NCBI GenBank assembly: GCA_013360195.1
Contig: JABWCQ010000004.1
Span: 43,836-107,835, forward strand
Length of the DNA: 64,000 nucleotides
Origin: a bacterium
Lineage (GTDB): Bacteria; Electryoneota; RPQS01
Direction of reading: 5' to 3'
Shown here: positions 51,036-61,374 of the stretch, one piece after another
Position numbering within the stretch: the stretch's first letter is position 1
Layout: each line of letters opens with the position of its first letter
Made by a program: the position numbers and the translations under genes
The notes under the pieces: model-generated
Databases searched by the model: none
The model's input: the letters and a program-made list of their open reading frames with translations, nothing else
What the model was told of the DNA's origin: nothing

Positions 51036-52664
51036 TTGAAGCGAACAAGAAATTACTTCATCATGGCGGTCCTGGGTGTCATTGTCGGCGGTATAGGTCT
51101 GTTGTGGAGCCCAGCTCTCTTTGCAGACAACAGCGGCGACGTCAACATGCAGCTGAATAAGCTGAACTACATTTTGCGGTCAGTGCGGGACAACTATGTT
51201 GAAGAGCCTGATGCCGCCAAACTGCTTGAAGGCGCAATTGAAGGAATGTTGAAGGAGCTTGATCCGCACTCAGTGTATATCCCGGCGGACCAGCAGAAGC
51301 GAATTACGGAGCAGTTCCGTGGCGACTTTGAAGGGATTGGAATTCAGTTCACAATTCAAAATGACTGGTTGACAGTGATCTCGCCGATACCCGGAACGCC
51401 CGCTGACAGACTTGGAATTCGTGCAGGAGACAGAATCACGCATATAGACGGGCTTTCCGCGTACGGGATCTCGAATGAAGAGGTCTTTGAAAAGCTCAGA
51501 GGTGAAAAGGGTTCAACAGTCCGAGTGACGATTGAGCGACCCACGATTGAAGTTCCACTAGAGTTCGAAATCGTGCGAGACAAGATTCCCATATTCTCAG
51601 TTGGTGCAGCTTTCTTAATGCCCGACAAGGAAACAGGGTATGTCCGAATCAGCCAGTTCACGGCCACAACCACGGATGAAGTCGTATCCGCATTGGACAG
51701 CCTCAAGGCAATCGGGATGAAACAATTGTTGCTCGACTTGCGTGGGAATCCGGGCGGGTATCTTGATCAAGCCTGGCGGGTTGCGGATCTTTTTATGCCG
51801 AGAAAGGACATGCTACTGGTTTACACGAAGGGACGCACGCCGAAGTCCAACTCAGAGTTTCGTTCAACAGGCATCGGAGCCAAATACGATATGCCTTTGA
51901 TTTGCCTGATAAATCATGGCAGCGCATCTGCATCAGAGATTGTATCCGGTGCGATTCAAGATCATGATCGCGGATTGGTCGTGGGTCAAGTCAGCTTTGG
52001 CAAGGGGCTAGTTCAGACACCGTATCCGATGCCGGACGGATCGGTAGTGCGTATAACAACAGCGCGTTATTACACGCCAACAGGCAGGCTGATTCAGCGA
52101 CCTTATGACAACGGCTTTGCCGAGTATGTCATGGGGGGACGTGACGAAGAAGATCCGAATGCACCGGAGATTGCTGAGCAAGATACGACTCCCCGCGAGC
52201 AGTTCTTGACCGATGGCGGCAGAGTTGTATATGGTGGCGGAGGGATAACTCCGGACAGCACGGTGGTACCAAGCAAGACAAACACTTTGACCGCGCAGCT
52301 TTTCAGTAAGAGAATGTACTTTGAATGGGCATCAGAATACGTGGTCAAGAACCCGAATATCAGCAAGGATCACGAGGATTTTGCGAAGAGTTTTCAAGTG
52401 ACTGATGAGATGCTTGGTGACTTCAAGCAATTCTGTATTGATCGCAAGATCGAAGTTGACGATCCGCGTTGGGAACAGGATATTGCCTTTACCAAGACTC
52501 AGCTCAAAGGTGAAATTGCCGGTTTAGTGTTCAACAATCGGGATATTTACAACCTGATTAGGCTCCAAGATGACGAGCAGATACAAGCTGCGATGGGCAT
52601 GTTCGAACAGGCCAAGGCAGTGGCCTCGTCATCTGTGAAGACTCGCCCGGGTAACAAGAATTAA
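51036..52664 (+). CDS. ctpA: Carboxyl-terminal processing protease (S41 family) with PDZ domain
   Basis: 'GIGIQF...VISPIPGTPADRLGIRAGDRI' PDZ; 'LLLDLRGNPGGYL', catalytic-region 'GSASASEI'. Confidence 0.85.
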   Translation: MKRTRNYFIMAVLGVIVGGIGLLWSPALFADNSGDVNMQLNKLNYILRSVRDNYVEEPDAAKLLEGAIEGMLKELDPHSVYIPADQQKRITEQFRGDFEGIGIQFTIQNDWLTVISPIPGTPADRLGIRAGDRITHIDGLSAYGISNEEVFEKLRGEKGSTVRVTIERPTIEVPLEFEIVRDKIPIFSVGAAFLMPDKETGYVRISQFTATTTDEVVSALDSLKAIGMKQLLLDLRGNPGGYLDQAWRVADLFMPRKDMLLVYTKGRTPKSNSEFRSTGIGAKYDMPLICLINHGSASASEIVSGAIQDHDRGLVVGQVSFGKGLVQTPYPMPDGSVVRITTARYYTPTGRLIQRPYDNGFAEYVMGGRDEEDPNAPEIAEQDTTPREQFLTDGGRVVYGGGGITPDSTVVPSKTNTLTAQLFSKRMYFEWASEYVVKNPNISKDHEDFAKSFQVTDEMLGDFKQFCIDRKIEVDDPRWEQDIAFTKTQLKGEIAGLVFNNRDIYNLIRLQDDEQIQAAMGMFEQAKAVASSSVKTRPGNKN

Positions 52665-52859
52665 CTACAGGTATTACAGCAACATCAGTTTGGGACTGAA
52701 GGAGACAGGACTCTCCTTTGCAGAGTCCAAAAGCGTCCCAAAAATGTTTGCTAACTTGCTCTTTTTGCTTCGGTTGGGTATATTGAGAGGTTCAAAAAAC
52801 CTCACAAAACCCCGCCGCTCCACTTGTCCCTCAAGTTGGGGGACAAATGTTCAACGTGA

Positions 52860-54767
52860 ATGCGCTTACGATTTCAAAACATACTTAACTTAGCGGCCAT
52901 TCTCTCGGCGTGTGCGAGCATTTATGCAGCCAATCCGCCACTCGACAGGGCCCGCGAACTTGCCAAAACCGGCAATTGGGATGAAGTCCGCGCATTAGCG
53001 GAAGAAGGGGCAAACCTCGAACCAAAGAACGAAGAGGCTTGGCGGCTTCGTGGTCGCGCCGAATTGTTCTTCGGCGATACGACTTTGGCAATTCAGTACT
53101 ATGAGCAGGCACTTGCGTTGAATCCAAAGCAGGCGGATGCAGTAGTTGATTTGACAACTGTGTTTGTTGCTTTGAATCGTCTTGAAGATGCCGACCGCAT
53201 CGTCTCTGCAGCAGAAAAGAAAGACCCTAAGGGTAAAATTGACGAGATCAAAGTCTCCCGGGCTTTGATACTGGGAAAGCAGAACAAGATTGGCGAAGCA
53301 ACTCCAATTCTTGCCAGTGCCACAGCAAAGCACCCTGACAACCCATTATATCCACTGATTCTTGCCCGAATTTACGGCAACGCCGGGGTCACGACGCTTG
53401 CCAAGGATAACTACGCCAAAGCTTGGAGTCTTGACGAGGGAAATCCCGATATTGCCTTTGAATATGGTCAAACACTTCTTGCGTTGAAGGAGTATGATGA
53501 GGCCGACAAGCTGTTCAAGATTGTACAGGACAGAGACCCTGACAACAAGCAAGTCGACTATCTTCGCGGGCGCTTGAGGTTTGCTGCGAAGCGATATGCT
53601 GAGGCCGCGGCTGAGTTTCAGAAAGCGGTGGAGAAGGACCAGGAGAACTTCCTGGCGAATTACTGGCTGGGACGAAGCTACGTTGATCTTTCCAAGACGG
53701 AAAAGAAGAATTTTTATTCCGCCGCTCTTGCACCGTTGAGGAAGGCGCTGATGCTCAGGCCGGACCGTACAGACATTGAGCTATCCCTGGCAGAAGCGGA
53801 GTATTTTGTCGGGCGTTCGCTGTTTTTTACGTCGCAGCAGGATTCACTGTCTGAAGAATCAAAAATCCGGCTGGCAGATGAGTTTCAGAAGCAGGCGGAA
53901 AGCTTTGAGGCCAGTGCGGCAACGCCCAAAGTACCCATTCCGCCAAAACCCCCGGTGCCCGTGGGAGACGGATCCGTCCCATCCGTCCCTTCGATTCCAG
54001 TAGTTACCGATGCAGAGCGTACAGCTCAAACCCTTGCGCTTGTGGCAAAATACCGGTCGGCCGAGATGACCTTGCGCGATCCGGCAGCGAAGCTTGATGG
54101 GAAGCATCCGTTGCAAAACGAGTTGATTGAACTGTCCGTTGCAATCATGCAGCATGCAATGTACAGCTCTCAAGAGCTTCCCAAACTTCAGGATGTGTAT
54201 GCAAGCATCGCACGTGCCTTCGACAAACTTGAGAAGCTCGATTCGTCACTGTTTTACACAGAAAGGCAGCTGGAGCTAACACCGAATTCTGCGAGTGATG
54301 TTACGAGAAAAATCAGCCTGTTGCAGCGGCTCGATGATCAGGCCCGGTTGGCGGAATATCTGAATGTTCTTGCGGCGGACACCGCGATGCTAGACAAATA
54401 CGGGCTGATCCTGGTTAACAGCTATATCGAGACGAAACAGTACGACAAGGCGAGGGAAGCAGTTAACCGCGTAATTGAGCGCGATCCGGGGAATTGTGAT
54501 GCGCATCAGCTTAATGCATACATTGATTTGAAACGCGAGCGCTACGGCGCCGCGATAAACGTTTTGCTGGAGGGTGTGAAGGCATGCCCGAACAGCGGAG
54601 ACTTATGGGTATTTCTGGGGGACAGCTACTTTTTCTCGGTAGACAAACCGGACAAGGCAACAGTGGAGAAGGCAAAGAATGCCTATTGTCGTGCGGCGAG
54701 TCTTGGCAATTCGACCGGACAGGAAAAGTGTGAAGAAGTCGGAAATTATTTAAAGCAGATGAGATAA
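52860..54767 (+). CDS. TPR-repeat lipoprotein
   Basis: Lipobox 'ILSAC'; many 34-aa TPR units ('AWRLRGRAELFFGDTTLAIQYYEQALALNP' and similar). Confidence 0.75.
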   Translation: MRLRFQNILNLAAILSACASIYAANPPLDRARELAKTGNWDEVRALAEEGANLEPKNEEAWRLRGRAELFFGDTTLAIQYYEQALALNPKQADAVVDLTTVFVALNRLEDADRIVSAAEKKDPKGKIDEIKVSRALILGKQNKIGEATPILASATAKHPDNPLYPLILARIYGNAGVTTLAKDNYAKAWSLDEGNPDIAFEYGQTLLALKEYDEADKLFKIVQDRDPDNKQVDYLRGRLRFAAKRYAEAAAEFQKAVEKDQENFLANYWLGRSYVDLSKTEKKNFYSAALAPLRKALMLRPDRTDIELSLAEAEYFVGRSLFFTSQQDSLSEESKIRLADEFQKQAESFEASAATPKVPIPPKPPVPVGDGSVPSVPSIPVVTDAERTAQTLALVAKYRSAEMTLRDPAAKLDGKHPLQNELIELSVAIMQHAMYSSQELPKLQDVYASIARAFDKLEKLDSSLFYTERQLELTPNSASDVTRKISLLQRLDDQARLAEYLNVLAADTAMLDKYGLILVNSYIETKQYDKAREAVNRVIERDPGNCDAHQLNAYIDLKRERYGAAINVLLEGVKACPNSGDLWVFLGDSYFFSVDKPDKATVEKAKNAYCRAASLGNSTGQEKCEEVGNYLKQMR

Positions 54768-54813
54768 ACTCTCCAATCCCGGGTTTCAACTGATTGGAAA
54801 AAGGAACTAAAGC

Positions 54814-55572
54814 ATGAAGCAAGGAACTTTTACGACGATCACGCTTCTCGCAGCGCTGGTCATCTCCTCGATTTTCTATTGGGGTATTTTGCCGACCATG
54901 GACAAAGGCCCAGAGGAAACGCCCCTAATTCACCAGATTGCCTTGGCCGGACCCATCGTGCCATTTCTGATTACTTTGACTTTGATGCTCTTGACTTTCG
55001 TTATTGAGCGCATCATCACGTTGGGCAAGGCGCGCGGAGCCCGTCCGTTGCCGATCTACTTCTCTGAATTCACTAAAGCAGTTCGGGATGGCAAGTATGA
55101 CCATGCTGTAAAGATTTCGGACGAGCAGCGTGGATCAGCTGCCGCGGTCTTGAAGGCAGGCGCGGAGCAGTGGATTCGTGTGGCGAATGACAAGTCGGTG
55201 AATATGGAGAAGAAGATCTCGGAAACTCAAAGAGCGATTAATGAAGCACGACTGCTTGAAGTTCCGTTCCTGGAAAGAAATCTGATTGCTCTTTCTACGA
55301 TAGCTTCAGTGGCTACGATGGTCGGACTGCTAGGCACGACGATCGGAATGATCCGTTCGTTTGCCGCTATGTCCACGCAGGGCGCGCCGAATGCCGCCGA
55401 GCTTGCACGTGGTATTTCCGAGGCGCTGGTGAACACCGCTCTCGGATTGTTTGCGGCAATCGTCGGTATCGTCTGCTACAACTTCTTCGTGAATAAGGTT
55501 GACCAGTTCAACTATGAGATTGATGAAGCTGCGTACTTAATGGTGGAGATCCTGAAGGACAAGGAAGTGTAA
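54814..55572 (+). CDS. exbB: MotA/TolQ/ExbB proton-channel family protein
   Basis: Three TM helices, 'TIASVATMVGLLGTTIGMIRSF', 'ALVNTALGLFAAIVGIVCYNFF'. Confidence 0.85.
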   Translation: MKQGTFTTITLLAALVISSIFYWGILPTMDKGPEETPLIHQIALAGPIVPFLITLTLMLLTFVIERIITLGKARGARPLPIYFSEFTKAVRDGKYDHAVKISDEQRGSAAAVLKAGAEQWIRVANDKSVNMEKKISETQRAINEARLLEVPFLERNLIALSTIASVATMVGLLGTTIGMIRSFAAMSTQGAPNAAELARGISEALVNTALGLFAAIVGIVCYNFFVNKVDQFNYEIDEAAYLMVEILKDKEV

Positions 55573-55610
55573 TCGGAGTCCGGGCAAGCACAAACAAGTA
55601 AGGACAACTT

Positions 55611-56081
55611 ATGGCTGCTCCCAAGAAACGCAGGATTCCGATATCCATCGATATGACACCGATGGTGGATATTGCATTCCTTTTATTGATATTCTTCATG
55701 TCAACAACGGTGTTCAAGAAGCCTGCTGAAGTAGACGTTCAGGCTCCTTCATCACATTCGATACGACCGCTGCCGGAAACGGGAATTATTGTAATCACGA
55801 TTCCAAAAGACAACCGGGTCTTCATGACGCTGGACAATGCCGCACTGGACGTTGAGAACGGATTGGCAGAAGTAAAGGGTTTAACGACCCGTGGCATCGA
55901 ATTCCAGCCGGATTCGATTGTGAAACCAATTGAAAGGTTGATGCTGAAGAGACTAGTTGATAAGGTCGTGTTGAAAGCGGACAAGGACGCTTCCTATGGC
56001 ACGATCGAAAAAGTGCTGCAGACTCTTCAGAAGAATGAGCTTCTGTTCGTGAACATGGTCACCGAAGTTGAAGAAAGCTAA
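55611..56081 (+). CDS. exbD: ExbD/TolR biopolymer transport protein
   Basis: 'IDMTPMVDIAFLLLIFFM' signature. Confidence 0.85.
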   Translation: MAAPKKRRIPISIDMTPMVDIAFLLLIFFMSTTVFKKPAEVDVQAPSSHSIRPLPETGIIVITIPKDNRVFMTLDNAALDVENGLAEVKGLTTRGIEFQPDSIVKPIERLMLKRLVDKVVLKADKDASYGTIEKVLQTLQKNELLFVNMVTEVEES

Positions 56082-56091
56082 GGTATAGAAA

Positions 56092-56670
56092 ATGGGTGCT
56101 GTAGATGTAGGTGGACCCAAGAAATCGAGCGGCGGTCAAGCATGGAAGCGGCCCAGAGTCGCGATCCGAATTGACATGACGCCGATGGTAGACATCGCGT
56201 TCCTGCTGTTGATATTCTTCATGGTGACAACCGTATTCCGTTTGCCGACGGCAATGGAAATGGTCTTGCCTCCGCCAAACGAGGTGGCTCAGCCGGGGAA
56301 GGTCTTCAAGGAAAAGCTTCTCCAGTTTTACGTGTTGAATAATGACTCGTTGGCGCTGCAGATCGGCGATACGCTGGCGAAACCCTTGATGTGGACCGAC
56401 TTGCGGGACAGTTTGAAATCTCGCTATGATCGCTATGGAGACAGTGTCGTGGTCGTTGCCCGAGTCCATCCAAAAGCAAAGTTCATGTCCTTGGTGGATT
56501 TGGTAGATGAGTTCAATTTGGTTGGCACGACGAGATTTTCGATCGATCATTACACGACATTGGACGATTCGATGCTTCGAGCCGCAGGATTTCAAACGGC
56601 CGGAGCAGAAGGGCTACCGACGCCTGAAGAAATTGAGGCACGTTTCGCGCCTCCCGGTCAACAACTCTAA
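56092..56670 (+). CDS. exbD: Second ExbD/TolR paralog
   Basis: 'IDMTPMVDIAFLLLIFFMVTTVF'. Confidence 0.8.
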   Translation: MGAVDVGGPKKSSGGQAWKRPRVAIRIDMTPMVDIAFLLLIFFMVTTVFRLPTAMEMVLPPPNEVAQPGKVFKEKLLQFYVLNNDSLALQIGDTLAKPLMWTDLRDSLKSRYDRYGDSVVVVARVHPKAKFMSLVDLVDEFNLVGTTRFSIDHYTTLDDSMLRAAGFQTAGAEGLPTPEEIEARFAPPGQQL

Positions 56671-56705
56671 ATGCCGTTTCACGCCGGTTGAAAGGGCGGT
56701 GAATT

Positions 56706-57446
56706 ATGAATTTCTTAGAAGAACTTGAAAAAGGCAAATACGGCGCGATTGAGCTGAAGAAGATCGTCGGTCGCAACCTTATTCGCGGTCTGGCCTTCAG
56801 TGTGGCAGTGCACACTGCCGTGGTGGCTGCACCGTTTGTGGCCTCGCTTTTTCAGGAGGAGATACCTCCACCGGATCGCGTGGTTGTTGTTGACCCATCA
56901 ATCCTTGAAAAGCTCAAGAGGCTGAACCCAAACCAGGCGCCACCGAAGATTGAGCGTCCGAAACTTGCACCTCCCAAGGTCGTTGTTCCGATTGCCGTAA
57001 GTGAAGAGACGATAGAAGAGCAGCCTGAAATCATGAAACAGGAAGAACTCGTGGCGGCAATCGTCGAAGAGTACGGCACGGATACACTAGGTATCGGCGA
57101 AGGTGTTGAGCTTGTGCTTGAAGAATCCGGCGATGATATTCCAAGCTACGAAGAATTTATTCCCTTTGAGGTACCGCCGCAGCCGCTCCCTGATTTCAGT
57201 CCACAACCGGCATTTCCGAAATTAGCACAGCAAGCAGGCGTGTCTGGCAAGGTGACCGCACAGGTTTATGTTGACAAGAAAGGTGAAGTCAAGAAGTGGC
57301 GGATTGTGCAGGCAAAGCCAGAGAAGCTTGGATTTGAAGAAGAAGTTGAGAAGGTACTGCCAAAATGGAAGTTTACACCGGCAATTCAACAGGGTAATCC
57401 GGTCGGTGTGTGGATTGCAATTCCTTTTAACTTCAAAGTTCAGTAA
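56706..57446 (+). CDS. tonB: Energy transducer TonB (N-terminal TM, Pro/Glu-rich linker, C-terminal TonB domain)
   Basis: 'PPKIERPKLAPPKVVVP' linker; C-terminal domain 'GVSGKVTAQVYVDKKGEVKKWRIVQ...LPKWKFTPAI..GNPVGVWIAIPFNFKV'. Confidence 0.8.
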   Translation: MNFLEELEKGKYGAIELKKIVGRNLIRGLAFSVAVHTAVVAAPFVASLFQEEIPPPDRVVVVDPSILEKLKRLNPNQAPPKIERPKLAPPKVVVPIAVSEETIEEQPEIMKQEELVAAIVEEYGTDTLGIGEGVELVLEESGDDIPSYEEFIPFEVPPQPLPDFSPQPAFPKLAQQAGVSGKVTAQVYVDKKGEVKKWRIVQAKPEKLGFEEEVEKVLPKWKFTPAIQQGNPVGVWIAIPFNFKVQ

Positions 57447-57549
57447 TCCTGCCGCAAAATTGTTTTGACCGCGCGGCGATTCGTCGTGCGGTCTTGCGCT
57501 CTGTAAAATACTTGTTTCCTTCGTGTGGGTCCCGGAGTTACATTCTTAA

Positions 57550-58332
57550 TTGCGCCGCATTTGCGGGCAAGGAGGTGTCATGGAAACCGGAACGAAGACA
57601 AAGAGGCTGCCGCTTGGTGCACTTTACTTGAAAGGCAATCTTGGACGTTATCTGCTGCAAGGACTTGTTGTCAGCGTGTTCCTGCACAGTGCGGCCGTTG
57701 CCCTGCTGGGGTTATGGCCGGAAACGCAGAAACCTGTTGCGAATGATGTGATAATTGAAGTCACGGGTTTCCCAACGGTTCGCGAAGACATAGTTCCTCC
57801 TCCGGTGCCGGAGAGAATTCGACCCAGCGCACCTCAGCAGCCGGATTTTGTAAAGGTACTTTCGGTAGATGAATTGCCATTGGATTCAATTGCGTTACCG
57901 GAAGAGGAACTGCCTCCTCTGAGCAGCAACGGTCACCTTGATGGAACGATTGATACCGGAGCGTCTGGGCAGGGTGGGGTGGAAGGCATCGACACCTCGG
58001 AGGGTTTGGCGGGGATCAAACCCCCATGGGAAACGGGTTTTTCGATTTTCGAAGTCGCACCAGCCGCATTGTACGAAATCAATCCGCAGCCAGCCTACCC
58101 GGAACTTGCAAGACGGACCGGGATGAGCGGCAGAGTGTTTGTTTGGGTTCACATTAGCGAAAAGGGTGATGTGACTGAATGGCACGTAGTGGATGTCAAA
58201 CCGGCAGGCCTCGGCTTTGAGGATGAAGTTGCGCGTGTGATTCCAAAGTGGAAGTTCACACCTGCACTGCAACAGAATCGCCCCGTCGCCGTTTGGGTTG
58301 CAATACCATTTAAGTTCAAGGTCTCAAACTAG
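57550..58332 (+). CDS. Second TonB-family protein (tandem paralog)
   Basis: C-terminal domain 'GMSGRVFVWVHISEKGDVTEWHVVDVKPAGLGFEDEV..IPKWKFTPALQQNRPVAVWVAIPFKFKV' closely parallels the preceding gene; start may be ATG 57580. Confidence 0.75.
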   Translation: MRRICGQGGVMETGTKTKRLPLGALYLKGNLGRYLLQGLVVSVFLHSAAVALLGLWPETQKPVANDVIIEVTGFPTVREDIVPPPVPERIRPSAPQQPDFVKVLSVDELPLDSIALPEEELPPLSSNGHLDGTIDTGASGQGGVEGIDTSEGLAGIKPPWETGFSIFEVAPAALYEINPQPAYPELARRTGMSGRVFVWVHISEKGDVTEWHVVDVKPAGLGFEDEVARVIPKWKFTPALQQNRPVAVWVAIPFKFKVSN

Positions 58333-58564
58333 TGCTTTCTTGCAAATGATAACGCGCTGGATTTTGCCGGCTGCGTTCGCGGTTCTTGGTGTGTTAATAC
58401 TGACAGGGACGTTACTCAAAGAACTCCCGAAAGGAACAGGTCTTCGTCCAATCATGGGTGTGACTGTGATTCTGCTGGGTATTCATCGGTTTGTTGTCTC
58501 CCGGACACCGAAAGGCGAGCGCAGACGATATGGTGGCGATTATGGACGGCCATGGGAGCATTAA
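58298..58564 (+). CDS. Small two-TM membrane protein (hypothetical)
   Basis: 'ITRWILPAAFAVLGVLILTG...IMGVTVILLGIHRFVV'; overlaps the TonB-2 stop; likely real start Met near 58346. Confidence 0.3.
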   Translation: MQYHLSSRSQTSAFLQMITRWILPAAFAVLGVLILTGTLLKELPKGTGLRPIMGVTVILLGIHRFVVSRTPKGERRRYGGDYGRPWEH

Positions 58565-58565
58565 C

Positions 58566-59489
58566 GTGACAAGAATATTCTGGATTTCCTTGCTACTCGC
58601 GCTAACAGTCATGAGCTGCAAGGAACGTGAGCCGGAGGAGTCATTTACAAAAGGTTCGGCACAAATCGGCTGCAGCGACGCTGTTTTCGAATTGGCTCGG
58701 TTTGTAGCAACGGAGTACTCTGATTTGCATGCAGCTGCCCACGTAGGTGTTTGGAGGCATTCAACCCAGTCACTTTTGGATTCCTTGCTGAACGACCGAA
58801 TCGAGGAAGCGTTTCTTGATCGTGCATTGAGTCAGGAAGAATCGCTCGCATTTTCGAAGTTTGGCAAGAAGTTGTATTCCTATCCCGTTGCGCACTATCC
58901 TGTGTATCTGCTGGTGCGTGAGAGTCTGGCGGTTGAGCATCTCGACAGTGTAAACTTGCGGCGGATATTACAGGGTGAAGTTGATTCGTGGAAAGAGATT
59001 GGCGGTGCGGGCATTCCATTGACAGTTTATGCACCGCTGCCCGGCGACGGAGCATGGACTTCGCTGCAGACGTATTTCGGCGAGTTCGATTCTCTCGCGG
59101 CGGTCGTGTGTTCAACGCACAGTAGAATGATATCACTTGCAGAACATGACCCCGGCGCATTGTTGATTTACATGAAGAAGCCCGCGGATATTGTAGGTTA
59201 CAAGAAACTGCGTTGGGCACAAGACGAGCTTCGGATACCCGCGAACGCGAAGACGATTCTGGAATCACCTCGCTGGCCGTTCATGACGACGTTCACATAT
59301 GTGACAACGCACATGAAAAGCGATGTAGCTGCGGGTTATCTGACATTTCTGGTTTCCAATGATGGTCAGAAGATGGTCATGAACGAGGGTTACAGACCGG
59401 CATCTGTGCCAGTCCGCATCATTCAGCTAAAGAGTTCTGAACAGATTGACACGTCAACAGTCGATACGTTTTCGCGGCGAAATGGCTGA
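58566..59489 (+). CDS. PstS-like periplasmic binding lipoprotein (type-2 periplasmic-binding-protein fold, phosphate-binding family) typical of Bacteroidota TonB clusters
   Basis: Lipoprotein signal 'WISLLLALTVMSC'; PBP-like core; conserved position after exbB-exbD-tonB; GTG start at 58566 chosen over the upstream in-frame extension. Confidence 0.5.
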   Translation: MTRIFWISLLLALTVMSCKEREPEESFTKGSAQIGCSDAVFELARFVATEYSDLHAAAHVGVWRHSTQSLLDSLLNDRIEEAFLDRALSQEESLAFSKFGKKLYSYPVAHYPVYLLVRESLAVEHLDSVNLRRILQGEVDSWKEIGGAGIPLTVYAPLPGDGAWTSLQTYFGEFDSLAAVVCSTHSRMISLAEHDPGALLIYMKKPADIVGYKKLRWAQDELRIPANAKTILESPRWPFMTTFTYVTTHMKSDVAAGYLTFLVSNDGQKMVMNEGYRPASVPVRIIQLKSSEQIDTSTVDTFSRRNG

Positions 59490-59544
59490 AAGCCGCATAC
59501 TCATATAGAAATACAAGGCAGCAAATTACATAAACGGAGCTATT

Positions 59545-60630
59545 TTGAAGAATACGGCGCTTACGGCCGAGCATGAAGCGCTCGGGGCGAAGCTGGTGGA
59601 TTTTGCCGGCTACAGAATGCCAATTCAATATCACTCAATTCGGGCTGAACATCTTCGGGTTCGGAATACAGTCGGAGTATTTGACGTTTCACATATGGGT
59701 GAATTCATTGTCACCGGAAAGGACAGAGAGGAGTATCTGAATCGAGTGACGGTAAACGACGTGAAGGGTCTGAACATCGGCCAGGCGCAATATTCTTGTA
59801 TGTGCAAACCGGACGGCGGAATCGTAGATGACTTGCTGATTTACAAGAGTGCAGATCACATCATGGTTGTTGTCAATGCCTCGAATTTGGAAAAGGACTG
59901 GAGCTGGCTTTCGAGCAACACAATGGGTGATGTGATTCTCAAAAATCGATCTGAGCAAACGTCGCTTATGGCTGTGCAAGGTCGAAATGCCGCCGCAGTT
60001 GTTCAGAAATTAACCGAGTCCAACCTGTCAGTTGTCGCCAATTATCATTTCATACACGGTAAACTCCTCGGTCGAACTGCCGTAATAGCGCGGACGGGCT
60101 ACACTGGCGAAGACGGGTTCGAACTCTATGTTGCTAACGAAGACGCCGTGACAATTTGGCGAGCTGTTTTGGAGGCAGGTAGGGAGTTTGATATTGAACC
60201 AATTGGCCTAGGTGCGCGAGACTCACTGCGGCTTGAGATGAAGATGTGTTTGTACGGCAATGACATTGATGATACTACCCACCCTCTTGAGGCAGGACTT
60301 GGGTGGATTACAAAGCTTGACAAGGGTGATTTTATTGGCAGGGATGCTCTGCTGCGCGCGCGCGATTCCGGAATTAAACGAAAGCTCGTGGCAATGGAAC
60401 TCGAGGGCAATGCATTCCCCAGGCATGGCTATGTCATTCACGATAGTGCAGGTAATACAGTTGGTCACGTGACTTCTGGTACGGTGTCTCCGTGCTTGAA
60501 CAAAGGGATTGCAATGGGCTATGTACCCACGGAGTTGTCGGGAGTTGGTTCAAGCGTCTTTGTTGTATGTCATAACAAGTCAGTTCCCGCGAAGGTCGTA
60601 AAGCCTCCGTTCTACAAGCGTCCATACTGA
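59545..60630 (+). CDS. gcvT: Glycine cleavage system aminomethyltransferase T
   Basis: 'TALTAEHEALGAKLVDFAGYRMPIQY', 'VGVFDVSHMGEF', 'ARTGYTGEDGFEL'; 361 aa. Confidence 0.9.
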   Translation: MKNTALTAEHEALGAKLVDFAGYRMPIQYHSIRAEHLRVRNTVGVFDVSHMGEFIVTGKDREEYLNRVTVNDVKGLNIGQAQYSCMCKPDGGIVDDLLIYKSADHIMVVVNASNLEKDWSWLSSNTMGDVILKNRSEQTSLMAVQGRNAAAVVQKLTESNLSVVANYHFIHGKLLGRTAVIARTGYTGEDGFELYVANEDAVTIWRAVLEAGREFDIEPIGLGARDSLRLEMKMCLYGNDIDDTTHPLEAGLGWITKLDKGDFIGRDALLRARDSGIKRKLVAMELEGNAFPRHGYVIHDSAGNTVGHVTSGTVSPCLNKGIAMGYVPTELSGVGSSVFVVCHNKSVPAKVVKPPFYKRPY

Positions 60631-60639
60631 GCAGAAGTC

Positions 60640-61374
60640 GTGACAAACATTCGTGTTTTTGCCACTCCGAAGGAGTGGACTGAGGATGATGTGCGCGGAT
60701 CCTTCGCAATCGTGATCGACGTGCTTCGCGCGTCTTCGACGATTACGCAGGCGCTGGCGAACGGTGCGCGCGAAGTGGTTCCGGTAGCCACTCCGGCTGA
60801 GGCAGGAGAGTTTGCCGTGAAAGCCGGCCGCAACGACGTGATCCTGGGTGGCGAGCGGGACGGCAAGCAGATTGAAGGTTTTGATCTGGGTAACTCGCCT
60901 TTTGAATACACTCGAGAACAAATTGCCGGCCGCACAGTTGTCTTTGCTTCGACGAATGGTTCACCAACACTTGTTCGCGCAAAGCCGGCAGAGATGATTG
61001 TCGTGGGATGTTTTAATAATTTCACAGCGGTTGCAGCTGAAGCGCGCAAGAGCGAACTTGACGTCTCCGTATTGTGTTCGGGCCGAAACGGAAAGTTCTC
61101 CATCGAGGACTTTGTCTGCGCTGGCAAAATAGTGGATAGTCTGCAGAATGGCAACGGAATAGGCAATGACGGTGCTCAGGGGTCGCTTGATCTGTTCAGG
61201 TACTATCGATCGCAGATTGCCGAAGTTGTTCGAAATAGTTATCACGGCAAGTATCTCGCAGGTCTGGGTTTTAGTGATGATCTAGACCACTGCTCAAAAG
61301 TGGATATACATCAGATTGTTCCAGCACTCATAGAAGGCAAGATCCGGGTTACAAGAACAAATGGCGGTTCGTAA
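60640..61374 (+). CDS. 2-phosphosulfolactate phosphatase (ComB) family protein
   Basis: 'IVIDVLRASSTI', 'ILGGERDGKQIEGFDLGNSP', 'ASTNGS' match the ComB family. Confidence 0.7.
   Translation: MTNIRVFATPKEWTEDDVRGSFAIVIDVLRASSTITQALANGAREVVPVATPAEAGEFAVKAGRNDVILGGERDGKQIEGFDLGNSPFEYTREQIAGRTVVFASTNGSPTLVRAKPAEMIVVGCFNNFTAVAAEARKSELDVSVLCSGRNGKFSIEDFVCAGKIVDSLQNGNGIGNDGAQGSLDLFRYYRSQIAEVVRNSYHGKYLAGLGFSDDLDHCSKVDIHQIVPALIEGKIRVTRTNGGS

Noticed and set aside
59490-59544. Glycine riboswitch upstream of gcvT
   Set aside because: The leader is only about 55 nt. A tandem glycine aptamer needs about 200 nt or more, and no GGAGAG/CACCG-type aptamer cores are visible.
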